NCBI GenBank assembly: GCA_039679675.1
Contig: JBDKUN010000055.1
Span: 32,986-96,985, forward strand
DNA from: Armatimonadota bacterium
GTDB taxonomy: Bacteria > Armatimonadota > UBA5829 > DTLH01
Reading direction: 5' to 3'
DNA: 64,000 nucleotides
This document shows positions 49,098 to 57,850 of the stretch, piece by piece; positions within the stretch are counted from its first letter, which is position 1, and each line of letters opens with the position of its first letter. A program made the translations under genes and the position numbers. The notes below the pieces were generated by a model. It was not told where the DNA came from, searched no databases, and saw only the letters and a list, made by a program, of their open reading frames with translations.

Positions 49098-52000
49098 ATG
49101 TCATTGCAGAAACCAGTGCTGCTGATTGCAGTGCTGACCTTTATTTTATCGACTGCTGCATTGGCTGGCGAAGTAGTAGTCCCGTTTGTAAGCGGAAGCG
49201 CAGAGATTGCAGACGCAGGAAACGGACAGGTGAATCTGGAGATTCCTGAGTTCTCAACAATGGGACCTTCCGGCAATCCGGCCCTTCCTTTTACAGGGCA
49301 ATATGTTCTTTTACCCCCGAATGCGGATACAACGACGCTGCGAATCGAGATCAGAAATGCTGTAGAAGAGAAAGTCCCCGGTGTTTTTAGTGTTTCTCCC
49401 GTGCCTCCGGCAGTCACCAGTGACGACGGTAGAGTTATTGAGGACTGGGGCCCTGGCGTGCATATAGAAAACGGCCGGAATACCCTGGTCTACAACAAAA
49501 ACAATTTTTACCCTGAGAATTATGCTACCCTCGGCTATGATGGTAAGCTCGGAAAGTATCAACTTGTGCCTGTCGAGTTCTGGCCTTACCGGTATAATCC
49601 AAAAACGGGCGAATTGACGCATTTAGTGAGTGGTGATGTTGCGATAACCTTCGATACTCCGGCTAAGGCTCTGCAGAGCACGGCCTTATACCCGGATGCT
49701 GTCGATCGCTTGAGCGAACTTGCGGTGAACTGGAAGCAGGCAAGTGATTGGTACGGCAGCAAGGGAATGACACTGGCCGAGGCCGCGGCAGCTTCGACCC
49801 CTCTCGCAATTATAACGACTTCGTCTATTGTAAACAGCAGCACTAAGCTTTCAGCATTCGTGACACATAAGACAAATATGGGGTTCAGTGTCACTGTGGC
49901 TACAGAGAGCCAATGGGGCGGCGGGACAGGAGACACAGCCGCGGAGAATATCAGGAATTGGCTCAAGAATAACTACGCTACGAAAGCTAAGTATGCTATT
50001 TTGATCGGCAACCCGGACCCTACCAGCGGGAACGTGCCGATGAAGATGCTCTGGCCCCGGTCCGACCAGTCTGACGATCAGGATGGCCCGTCGGATTACT
50101 ATTACGCGGACCTGACCGGTAACTGGGACCTTAACGGCAATGGAAAATACGGCGAGTCAGTCGGTGATTTCGGTTCAGGCGGCGTAGACAGAATTCCAGA
50201 AGTATTAGTTGGACGAATTCCGTATTATGGCTCGATAAGCGATCTGGACAGCATTCTGCAAAAAATTATTACATACGAGACCACTACCTCAGTCGGTGGT
50301 TGGGCGGACAGGATGCTTCTTCCGATGAAGCCGCTGGACAGCAGCACTCCGATGTGGCAATTGGGCGATCAGATAAGGCAGGATATAGCAGTTCCGGCCG
50401 GTCTGGGCAGTTACAGGATTTACGATGAGAATTACTCGGCCAGTCCTACCCCTGAACTGACACCATGCACGATAGATAACGTAAAGAACGAGTGGGTAAA
50501 TGGCTATGGGTTTGTGATCTGGTCTACACATGGAAGCGCGACGCTCGCCAGCTCTGTGTTTCAGAGTTTATACTGCGTATATCTTGACGATAGCAAACCG
50601 TCGTTTACATTCCAGACATCCTGCTTGAATGGTCAGCCGGAGTATTCGACCAATCTGGGTTATTATTTGCTCCGAAAAGGCGCTATAGCAACAGTATCAG
50701 CATCCAGAGTCTCCTGGTATTATCCCGGTGAGAGCAGTTATGCGAATACATCATCCAATGCTGGTATGGCCTATCGCTATACGATGCGGCTTGCGAAAGA
50801 GCGGCAGAGATGCGGCGATGCGTTTTACAATATGAAAACGAGCTATTCGAGCTATCTGATTTTTGCGCCGGTTCTTTGGGCTAATCATGTAGTTTTCAAC
50901 CTTTACGGCGACCCGACAATAAAGCCGAGATGGGCAAGTATCTGCATAAACACTGCATCGCTTCCGCTTGGAAAAGTAGGCAGCGCTTATTCATCTACTT
51001 TGAGCGTTTCCGGCGGTACGACTCCTTATACATGGAGCATGGAAAGCGGAAGTTTGCCAGCTGGGCTGACACTCAGCAGCGGAGGAGTTATTTCCGGTAC
51101 ACCTACAACTCCCGGATCATCTATATTTACCATAAAGTGTGTTGACGGTGTTGGAAGAACATCTTCGAAGCAGTTTTCTATCAATATAGCTTACTCAGCC
51201 TACACCTATAACTTCGATACAGCTTCTGACTGGACACTCGAAGGCGCATGGGCAATAGGCCAGCCTGCCGGCGGCGGTTCATACAACCATGATCCATCTG
51301 CAGGTTACACCGGCAAGAACGTTTTGGGTTATAACCTGAAAGGTGACTATACGAACCTGTTGGACGTTAAATATGCTACTACTAAAGCACTGGATTGCAG
51401 TGTGCTGCACGGAACGGCACTGAGTTTCTGGCGCTGGCTGGGAGTAGACAGCTCATTTTACGACAGCGCGACCATACAGGTGTCGAAAGACAACACTAAT
51501 TGGACAACTGTTTATTCCAACTCTACAACTCCCACATCCGACAGCGCATGGACACAAGTATCATATGACATTTCGGCATACGCTGACGGGCAGCCTACCG
51601 TATATATACGGTGGGGGATGGGGCCTACTGATAATACTATAACTTATCCCGGTTGGAACATAGATGATGTCGAGATAACCGGTTCAATTACAAAACCGTT
51701 CATCCGGCACACTTCTTACCAGAACACGGATATGACTACGGCATCTTATGCGATCATTGCGACCATCATTACGGCAGACGGACAGCCGCTCACAAGCAAC
51801 CCGATACTCCACTGGAAGGCAGATAAAGGGAGCTTCAACCAGGTTACGATGACGCTCAGCAATGGAAATTATGTCGGCTATATACCGGCTCAAGCTGGCG
51901 GCACTCTGGTGAGCTATTACATCGAGGCTACGAACTCAGGAGGAACGACCTATTCACCAGCGCAAGCGCCTACCGTATGCTACTCGTTCAACGTTATTCT

Positions 52001-53465
52001 GGACACGGTGCCGCCGGTGATCGTGCATACGCCGCTCAGCAATACTTCGAATGCCGGACCATATCCCGTTACAGCAACCGTAACCGATAACTGGGGAGTT
52101 TCATCAGTAGTGCTGACGTATTCGAAGAACGGCGGATCGACAACCTCTGTTACAATGACCGAGTCTCTTGATCGGGCAACACCGGACGATTACACCGCCA
52201 GTATCCCTGGTTCGACCACTGTGGGAGATTGGTATCTCTATAAGATCACGGCGACGGATAAATATAACCAGAGGAAACAGTCTACTTCGCCGGCCTCAGG
52301 GTATTATATGTTCAGTATCATTCCGGCGACATCGAAGATATACAGCTTCCCGCTGGACAGTAACCCCGGATGGGCCTGTGATACAGGCTGGGCGTTCGGT
52401 ATACCGACGGGCGGCGGATCGTCAAACGGCGTTGATCCTACTGCCGGATACGACGGCAGCTTCGTTTATGGTTATAACCTGAGCGGTAACTACGATAACA
52501 ATATGGCAAGCACCCAGTATCTGACTACAACAGCTATCGACTGCTCCAATTTGGGGAATACTACGCTCAAATTCCGACGATGGCTTGGGGTTGAAGGATC
52601 TGGTTGTGATCATGCCACCATACAGGTCTCGAATGACGGCGTCAATTGGACCACGGTCTGGAGCAATTCCAGCGCAATCACAGCCGACACATCATGGACG
52701 CTTCAGACCTATGACATATCCGCTGTCGCCGATTACAAGCCTCATGTCTACATACGGTGGGGAATGGGGCCGACGGACAGCAGCTTTGTCATGGAAGGCT
52801 GGAATATAGACAATATCGAGATCTGGGGGAATGTCATTCAGCCTGTTGGCGGCGTAGGGAGCCTTAAAAACCTGACCGGCGGGCAGACTGCAATGATCTC
52901 CAACACTGCCGTGAGCGCAGTATATCAGGGCTGTTTCTATGCTCAGGAAAGAGACGGGTTCGAGGGAATACGCGTCGCCTGGCCGGGAACAGTGACCGAA
53001 GGGGCTCTAACATCCGTCCATGGCAGGCTGAGAGTCCGAAACGGCGAACTGGAGCTTGTGGCTGCCGGTTTGAGACAGGAGTCTGTTCTTGATCCCGTGT
53101 CGCCGGTCTATATGACGACCAAAACAATCGGCGGGGCGGTCTTCGGCCTACAGGGGTCGACCTGGAGTGTCGGCACAAGCGAGTGGATTGAGGCCACAGG
53201 GCTGAACAATACCGGCACACTGGTTACCGTATGCGGCAACGTGATAGGTACAGGCAGCGGTTATTTCTATGTAGATGATGGCTGCGGACTATGGACAGGT
53301 TCATATACGAATAGCACCAAAAACACGGGTGTATATGTCCAGTGGCCCAGTACGGGGCTTACTACCGGCCAGTTCGTGACGGTGACAGGAATCAGCTCCG
53401 GCTACATGTACGGCGGAAAATACGTAAGGATGATTCTTCCTAGAAGACAAGAAGACATCCGGTAA
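49098..53465 (+). CDS. Gingipain-like C25 cysteine peptidase: propeptide, catalytic domain, putative Ig, two jelly-roll repeats, Ig-like domains, C-terminal OB-fold-like module
   Basis: AAGGAG RBS; signal peptide; G.PALP propeptide, PSDYYYADL.G.WD, VGRIP, THGS (His), SCLNG (Cys), NLYGDP. Confidence 0.85.
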   Translation: MSLQKPVLLIAVLTFILSTAALAGEVVVPFVSGSAEIADAGNGQVNLEIPEFSTMGPSGNPALPFTGQYVLLPPNADTTTLRIEIRNAVEEKVPGVFSVSPVPPAVTSDDGRVIEDWGPGVHIENGRNTLVYNKNNFYPENYATLGYDGKLGKYQLVPVEFWPYRYNPKTGELTHLVSGDVAITFDTPAKALQSTALYPDAVDRLSELAVNWKQASDWYGSKGMTLAEAAAASTPLAIITTSSIVNSSTKLSAFVTHKTNMGFSVTVATESQWGGGTGDTAAENIRNWLKNNYATKAKYAILIGNPDPTSGNVPMKMLWPRSDQSDDQDGPSDYYYADLTGNWDLNGNGKYGESVGDFGSGGVDRIPEVLVGRIPYYGSISDLDSILQKIITYETTTSVGGWADRMLLPMKPLDSSTPMWQLGDQIRQDIAVPAGLGSYRIYDENYSASPTPELTPCTIDNVKNEWVNGYGFVIWSTHGSATLASSVFQSLYCVYLDDSKPSFTFQTSCLNGQPEYSTNLGYYLLRKGAIATVSASRVSWYYPGESSYANTSSNAGMAYRYTMRLAKERQRCGDAFYNMKTSYSSYLIFAPVLWANHVVFNLYGDPTIKPRWASICINTASLPLGKVGSAYSSTLSVSGGTTPYTWSMESGSLPAGLTLSSGGVISGTPTTPGSSIFTIKCVDGVGRTSSKQFSINIAYSAYTYNFDTASDWTLEGAWAIGQPAGGGSYNHDPSAGYTGKNVLGYNLKGDYTNLLDVKYATTKALDCSVLHGTALSFWRWLGVDSSFYDSATIQVSKDNTNWTTVYSNSTTPTSDSAWTQVSYDISAYADGQPTVYIRWGMGPTDNTITYPGWNIDDVEITGSITKPFIRHTSYQNTDMTTASYAIIATIITADGQPLTSNPILHWKADKGSFNQVTMTLSNGNYVGYIPAQAGGTLVSYYIEATNSGGTTYSPAQAPTVCYSFNVILDTVPPVIVHTPLSNTSNAGPYPVTATVTDNWGVSSVVLTYSKNGGSTTSVTMTESLDRATPDDYTASIPGSTTVGDWYLYKITATDKYNQRKQSTSPASGYYMFSIIPATSKIYSFPLDSNPGWACDTGWAFGIPTGGGSSNGVDPTAGYDGSFVYGYNLSGNYDNNMASTQYLTTTAIDCSNLGNTTLKFRRWLGVEGSGCDHATIQVSNDGVNWTTVWSNSSAITADTSWTLQTYDISAVADYKPHVYIRWGMGPTDSSFVMEGWNIDNIEIWGNVIQPVGGVGSLKNLTGGQTAMISNTAVSAVYQGCFYAQERDGFEGIRVAWPGTVTEGALTSVHGRLRVRNGELELVAAGLRQESVLDPVSPVYMTTKTIGGAVFGLQGSTWSVGTSEWIEATGLNNTGTLVTVCGNVIGTGSGYFYVDDGCGLWTGSYTNSTKNTGVYVQWPSTGLTTGQFVTVTGISSGYMYGGKYVRMILPRRQEDIR

Positions 53466-53584
53466 TTAACATATAGGATGTAAGGATTCAGGGGTAAGAG
53501 GTGGAAATTTCCGCCTTCTACCCCTAATCCTGTATCCCACCATCCTCCAGCCCCTAATATCTGTCCCTTTTTCTAAATTTCCCC

Positions 53585-53623
53585 TTGACATTTGCCTATA
53601 ATTGTTATACATGTTCTATAACA
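53585..53623 (+). promoter_or_regulatory. Promoter with GntR/YtrA-type operator palindrome
   Basis: TTGACA at 53585; perfect inverted repeat TGTTATA-N7-TATAACA (53603-53623) over the -10 region. Confidence 0.75.
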
Positions 53624-53643
53624 CTTAGTAATGGAGTAGTACA

Positions 53644-54027
53644 ATGCTGCTACGGATTCGGGAGGATTCGGACTCTCCGATTTACCAGCAGATAATCGAC
53701 CAGGTAAAGGCGCAGATAGCCGACGGAGCGATTGAGAAGGGCGACAAGCTGCCGTCCGTGCGCGAGCTTGCGGCTGACCTCTCTATCAACGTAAACACGG
53801 TCTACAAGGCCTACAAGGAGCTTGAGGTACAGGGGATCGTGCGGATGCGTGTCGGCTTTGGCGTGACCGTAATTGCCGAGCGCGGAGACCGGCTCAGGGA
53901 AGATGACAAGGAGAAGATCATCGAAGAGATGGTCGACCACCTCCGCGTGGAAGCCTATCACCTGGGGTTTGACGACAATTACCTGATCAACCTTCTAAAG
54001 CGGCGAATGGAGGAACATAAGGCATGA
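53644..54027 (+). CDS. GntR-family transcriptional regulator, YtrA subfamily
   Basis: 127 aa; PIYQQI, GDKLPSVRELA..L.IN.NTV.KAY.ELE..G; short C-terminal helices. Confidence 0.93.
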   Translation: MLLRIREDSDSPIYQQIIDQVKAQIADGAIEKGDKLPSVRELAADLSINVNTVYKAYKELEVQGIVRMRVGFGVTVIAERGDRLREDDKEKIIEEMVDHLRVEAYHLGFDDNYLINLLKRRMEEHKA

Positions 54028-55034
54028 AACAGTGGATTCGAGAGCACCCGTGGCGGTTGGAGATAGTGCCTGCAATATCTGTTGCGTTTGCAGCGGTAGT
54101 TCCGCTCATATATCGATCTCAGATAGCGCTGCGGGTAAAGCCCAAACATGGACTTTCGCCAAGCGTAACATGGTGGGGCAATTACATCGTTGGTATCATA
54201 TTCATGTTGATCTGCCTGCTTGGCCATATATATTGCACGCATCTCACAGCAAAAATCGGGGTGGATTCCAATGATAAGAAGTTCCCGCTTGCGGCAATAA
54301 TCTCTTGTGCCGGGCTCACTGTGACATTGTATCTAGTATTTCCCCTTCTCTTGGGATGGGTCTTTATCTGCGGAGTCGTACTTATTCTGTCGGCATGGCT
54401 CATTCAGCCGAGGCTGGTGCGGAATCTGCCTGAATCACCATTGCGCGATGTACCACAGCCGGACCTGAGCGATCTTCCAAAGCCCAAACTGGACAGTAGA
54501 ATGGAAACACCAGCGCCAGGAGAGCCTTTCTATTACAAGAATAATGTTCGTATTAAAATCCCGCGCAGGTTCAGCTTACATGCTAATCTGGCTTGGATTA
54601 TATTGATTGCAGTTATTGTGTCGGCCTTCTTATGGGACTGTAAAGGGGTTTGGGATGTTATTATTGTGGTCATTTTGCTGGCTTTTCTTTTTATACCGAG
54701 ATCAGCCGGTCCATATTTTAAGGTCACACCGGAAAAAATCTCTGTACGTACCCTAGACGAAGTAAAGATCAACATTCAAATGGCAGATATTGTTCGCTGC
54801 GAAGTAGTTGATGCCTACATTAGCCCAGACGAGCATTTTATGATGTCGTTTGATGCGGAAAGACCGGAAAACTCCACCGTAATCGACCAGCGTTTACTAA
54901 ACATTGGTCGCAGGCTGGAAATCGAGACGAACGGCGGAATAATACACAAATTCAGGCTAAATAACCCGTATGAAACCTGCAAGCTCATAAATACCGCCAT
55001 TGCCGCGCGGCAGAAACCGGAGGGAGAGGCATGA
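54024..55034 (+). CDS. Multi-pass membrane protein with bacterial PH-like C-terminal domain, array member 1
   Basis: About 6 hydrophobic segments; PGEPFYY; ends CKLINTAIAARQK; ATGA-coupled. Confidence 0.75.
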   Translation: MKQWIREHPWRLEIVPAISVAFAAVVPLIYRSQIALRVKPKHGLSPSVTWWGNYIVGIIFMLICLLGHIYCTHLTAKIGVDSNDKKFPLAAIISCAGLTVTLYLVFPLLLGWVFICGVVLILSAWLIQPRLVRNLPESPLRDVPQPDLSDLPKPKLDSRMETPAPGEPFYYKNNVRIKIPRRFSLHANLAWIILIAVIVSAFLWDCKGVWDVIIVVILLAFLFIPRSAGPYFKVTPEKISVRTLDEVKINIQMADIVRCEVVDAYISPDEHFMMSFDAERPENSTVIDQRLLNIGRRLEIETNGGIIHKFRLNNPYETCKLINTAIAARQKPEGEA

Positions 55035-57117
55035 GACAGTGGATTCGAGAGCACCCGTGGCGGTTGGAGATTGTGCCGTTTGCGTTTCTTGTCAGCGCTG
55101 TGGTAGGTCCGCTGATAAATCCCGCCCAAGTGCCGGGATATGCATCAGAGCCAGCACTTGGATGGTTTAGCAACCCGGCTAGCTGGCTTGTAAACTATAT
55201 CATTCGCGACTTAGTGGTATTGTCTTGGTGGATGTTGATGATGATTATTAACCATAATTGGATACGGTTGGAGAATGGTAAGACTTACAACACCTCTGCG
55301 CCAGCACTTACATTAGCTGTGGCAATAATTGGTTCTCCAGCCATCTTCATTCTCACCGGAAGTCCTAAGGGATATCCATACTATAACTTCCATTGGCAGG
55401 GCATATGGATATTAGTTGTAATTGCAACTGGGGCTGTGGAGGCGTTAATCGAACGTTTTCGTCCAGCTGGTCATGTTATGAGTGAGCTACCCAGAACCAC
55501 AGCTCCTATTAGTCATATTGTACCGGGAGAACCTTTCTATTACAGAGATGCTGTCCGCAAGTGGTGGCAATCTCTCGGTATAGGTCTTATAGGGGCTGTG
55601 GCACTTAGCGGGTTCTTCTGGTTGATGGGCTTGTCCATCGTTTTTCCTGCTATTGCAAGTGTAATAATGATCACCTTTTTCGCGACTAGCTTCCAATCAG
55701 TTCTTGTAGTGACCAATGAGCGGGTTACGGTGAAGGTAGGCTATCGTAAACTGAATCTACCAGTGGACAAGATCAGAAACTGTACACTTTACCAATATAC
55801 AGCAGAAGATGCATGCGGAAAAATAGGAGATCCGATTATCATACCGGCAAATACTCCAGTAAAGCAGAATTATGTTGCGCCACTTACTTCAGGCAACTGC
55901 GTTAAGGTCGAAACTGAAGAAGGCAATACTTATATAATCAGTGCCAGAGACCCGGAAGCAGCCTGCAAGCTCATAAATACCGCCATTGCCGCGCGGCAGA
56001 AATCGGAGGGTGGGGCATGAAACGGTTTATGCCGAGAATATTCAGAGCAGCCTATTGGAAAGAGCTTTATCGACAGAACGTGGAGTATCTTAGGGGCAAT
56101 ACCTGGAAGCTAGATGTGTTACCGACTATCCATGTGCTCCTCGCAATAGCTCTGCCGTGGGTTCACAGGCAGGAGACCCTTGCACACCTCAAATGGCGGT
56201 TTATCCGGGCATCAACACCTGAAGATGCATGGTTTGTGTACTACTTTCTGGGTCTTATCTTTATAATTTGGCCGACTTTGAGATTTATAAAAAATAAACA
56301 TAATAGGTGGGTGCGACCTGAACCGTCCAAGGTGAAATATAAATACATACCTGGAGAGCTGCTGTTTCTGATTCTCTTTGTATGGCTGCTGCCTGCAAGG
56401 GTATTTCCATCTTTTGTGATGCTTTACTGGTGGGTATTTAGCATTGTTTCGATACTACTGCAAACATTGATTCGATATCTGCAACCATCTGTGCCATTAG
56501 AACAACAAAAGAAATCTGATGAGAAGCCTGATTTATCCGAGCCTGCACCTCTTGCACCGGAAGATGTGGATGATATTCAACCGGGACAACTGTTCTATTA
56601 TAGGGAGTTGGATTTCAATTTTGGACTCGGTGAGAGGGTGTTATTTCTGATTATGATTTGCTCAATGGCTGCGTTCATATCGATGATTACAAATCTATGG
56701 TGGATTGTATTTATAGTCTTTGCACTTCCGATTCTGCTAATTGTGTTTTCACGCATTCCTATCTTTATAGTAAGCAACGAGCGAATCCTCGCGCAAGAAA
56801 CATTTGAAAAAATAGACATAAAAATTAGTGAAGTTGTTAACTGTGGCATCTCAGAAAAGAAAAGTGTAATTTTGGCCAAATCTAGACGCCTGAAGGAACT
56901 GAGGATACAAGGCGAAGATAACTGCCAGGAAGCACTTGATCTATTGGAGGATGTGAAAAAATATCTGAAGAGGAAGATACTATTGGTATATACAACAAAA
57001 CAAGAACATCCATATCTGGAGATAGAGACTAAAGATGGCTATATATATTCAATCAGTGTGAAAAATCCCGAGGCAGCCTGCAAACTCATAAATACCGCCA
57101 TTGCCGCGCGGCAGAAA
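54976..57117 (+). repeat. Three 41-bp direct repeats at gene 3' ends (54976-55016, 55962-56002, 57077-57117)
   Basis: CCTGCAA(G/A)CTCATAAATACCGCCATTGCCGCGCGGCAGAAA; one mismatch in copy 3. Confidence 0.95.
55031..56020 (+). CDS. Multi-pass membrane protein with bacterial PH-like domain, array member 2
   Basis: Same N-terminus QWIREHPWRLEIVP, PGEPFYY and CKLINTAIAARQK; divergent interior. Confidence 0.75.
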   Translation: MRQWIREHPWRLEIVPFAFLVSAVVGPLINPAQVPGYASEPALGWFSNPASWLVNYIIRDLVVLSWWMLMMIINHNWIRLENGKTYNTSAPALTLAVAIIGSPAIFILTGSPKGYPYYNFHWQGIWILVVIATGAVEALIERFRPAGHVMSELPRTTAPISHIVPGEPFYYRDAVRKWWQSLGIGLIGAVALSGFFWLMGLSIVFPAIASVIMITFFATSFQSVLVVTNERVTVKVGYRKLNLPVDKIRNCTLYQYTAEDACGKIGDPIIIPANTPVKQNYVAPLTSGNCVKVETEEGNTYIISARDPEAACKLINTAIAARQKSEGGA

Positions 57118-57138
57118 TCGGAGAGCGATGACATATAA
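56017..57138 (+). CDS. Multi-pass membrane protein with bacterial PH-like domain, array member 3
   Basis: EYLRGNTWKLDVLP (degenerate N-motif), PGQLFYY, ACKLINTAIAARQK. Confidence 0.75.
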   Translation: MKRFMPRIFRAAYWKELYRQNVEYLRGNTWKLDVLPTIHVLLAIALPWVHRQETLAHLKWRFIRASTPEDAWFVYYFLGLIFIIWPTLRFIKNKHNRWVRPEPSKVKYKYIPGELLFLILFVWLLPARVFPSFVMLYWWVFSIVSILLQTLIRYLQPSVPLEQQKKSDEKPDLSEPAPLAPEDVDDIQPGQLFYYRELDFNFGLGERVLFLIMICSMAAFISMITNLWWIVFIVFALPILLIVFSRIPIFIVSNERILAQETFEKIDIKISEVVNCGISEKKSVILAKSRRLKELRIQGEDNCQEALDLLEDVKKYLKRKILLVYTTKQEHPYLEIETKDGYIYSISVKNPEAACKLINTAIAARQKSESDDI

Positions 57139-57185
57139 TATCTGTAATCACATTGTGGTATAATGTAATCAGGAGTCGATGCATT

Positions 57186-57434
57186 ATGGTTCGCACACAA
57201 ATCCAACTAACTGAAAAACAAGCCAACGAGTTGAAAGAAATAGCTGCACATCAGGGCGTATCAATGGCGGAGGTTATACGCCGGTGTGTTGACAGGATGT
57301 TGGTAACACAGCGCATCCCTGATGATGAGGAAATCAGAAGAAGAGCAATTGGCGCTGTCGGATTCCTGCACTCAGGCACGGGAGATCTATCGGAAAAGCA
57401 CGACGAATATCTGGAGGAGGCGTTCAAGGATTGA
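57186..57434 (+). CDS. vapB: Ribbon-helix-helix (CopG) antitoxin
   Basis: MVRTQIQLT, GVSMAEVIRR, DLSEKHDEYL; AGGAG RBS; overlaps PIN gene. Confidence 0.85.
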   Translation: MVRTQIQLTEKQANELKEIAAHQGVSMAEVIRRCVDRMLVTQRIPDDEEIRRRAIGAVGFLHSGTGDLSEKHDEYLEEAFKD

Positions 57435-57823
57435 GTGTATATATCGACACGTCCGCTTTTCTCGCGGTTCTCGATGAGGATGATCAAAACCATCATGATG
57501 CAGGGCAAGTCTGGACCGATATGGTAAATAACAAGGAATCCCTTGTAACCTCTACCTATGTTATAGTTGAAACAACAGCGCTTCTCCGTAAGCGTTTTGG
57601 AATACCGGCAGTCCGCAGGTTTCAGATGGATGTAATGTCTGTGGTTGCGATCGAGTGGGTAGACGAGATAACTCACAATGCAGGAATCAGTGCCTTGTTG
57701 ACCACCGGCAGGCATGGCCCCAGTCTGGTGGATTGTATAGGGTTCGAAATCGTGCGAAAACTCGGCATTGAGAGGGTTTTTGCGTATGATAAACACTTTC
57801 GTGGCCAGGGTTTCGGCCTATAG
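57431..57823 (+). CDS. vapC: PIN-domain toxin VapC
   Basis: YIDTSAFLA, VIVET, SLVDC, FAYDKHF. Confidence 0.9.
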   Translation: MSVYIDTSAFLAVLDEDDQNHHDAGQVWTDMVNNKESLVTSTYVIVETTALLRKRFGIPAVRRFQMDVMSVVAIEWVDEITHNAGISALLTTGRHGPSLVDCIGFEIVRKLGIERVFAYDKHFRGQGFGL

Positions 57824-57850
57824 CTTCTATTTTACCGCATCAGCAGCAAA

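Noticed and set aside
54976..57117. Integron attC sites or CRISPR repeats
   Set aside because: The repeats lie inside coding sequence about 1 kb apart and lack RYYYAAC/GTTRRRY cores; no integrase nearby.
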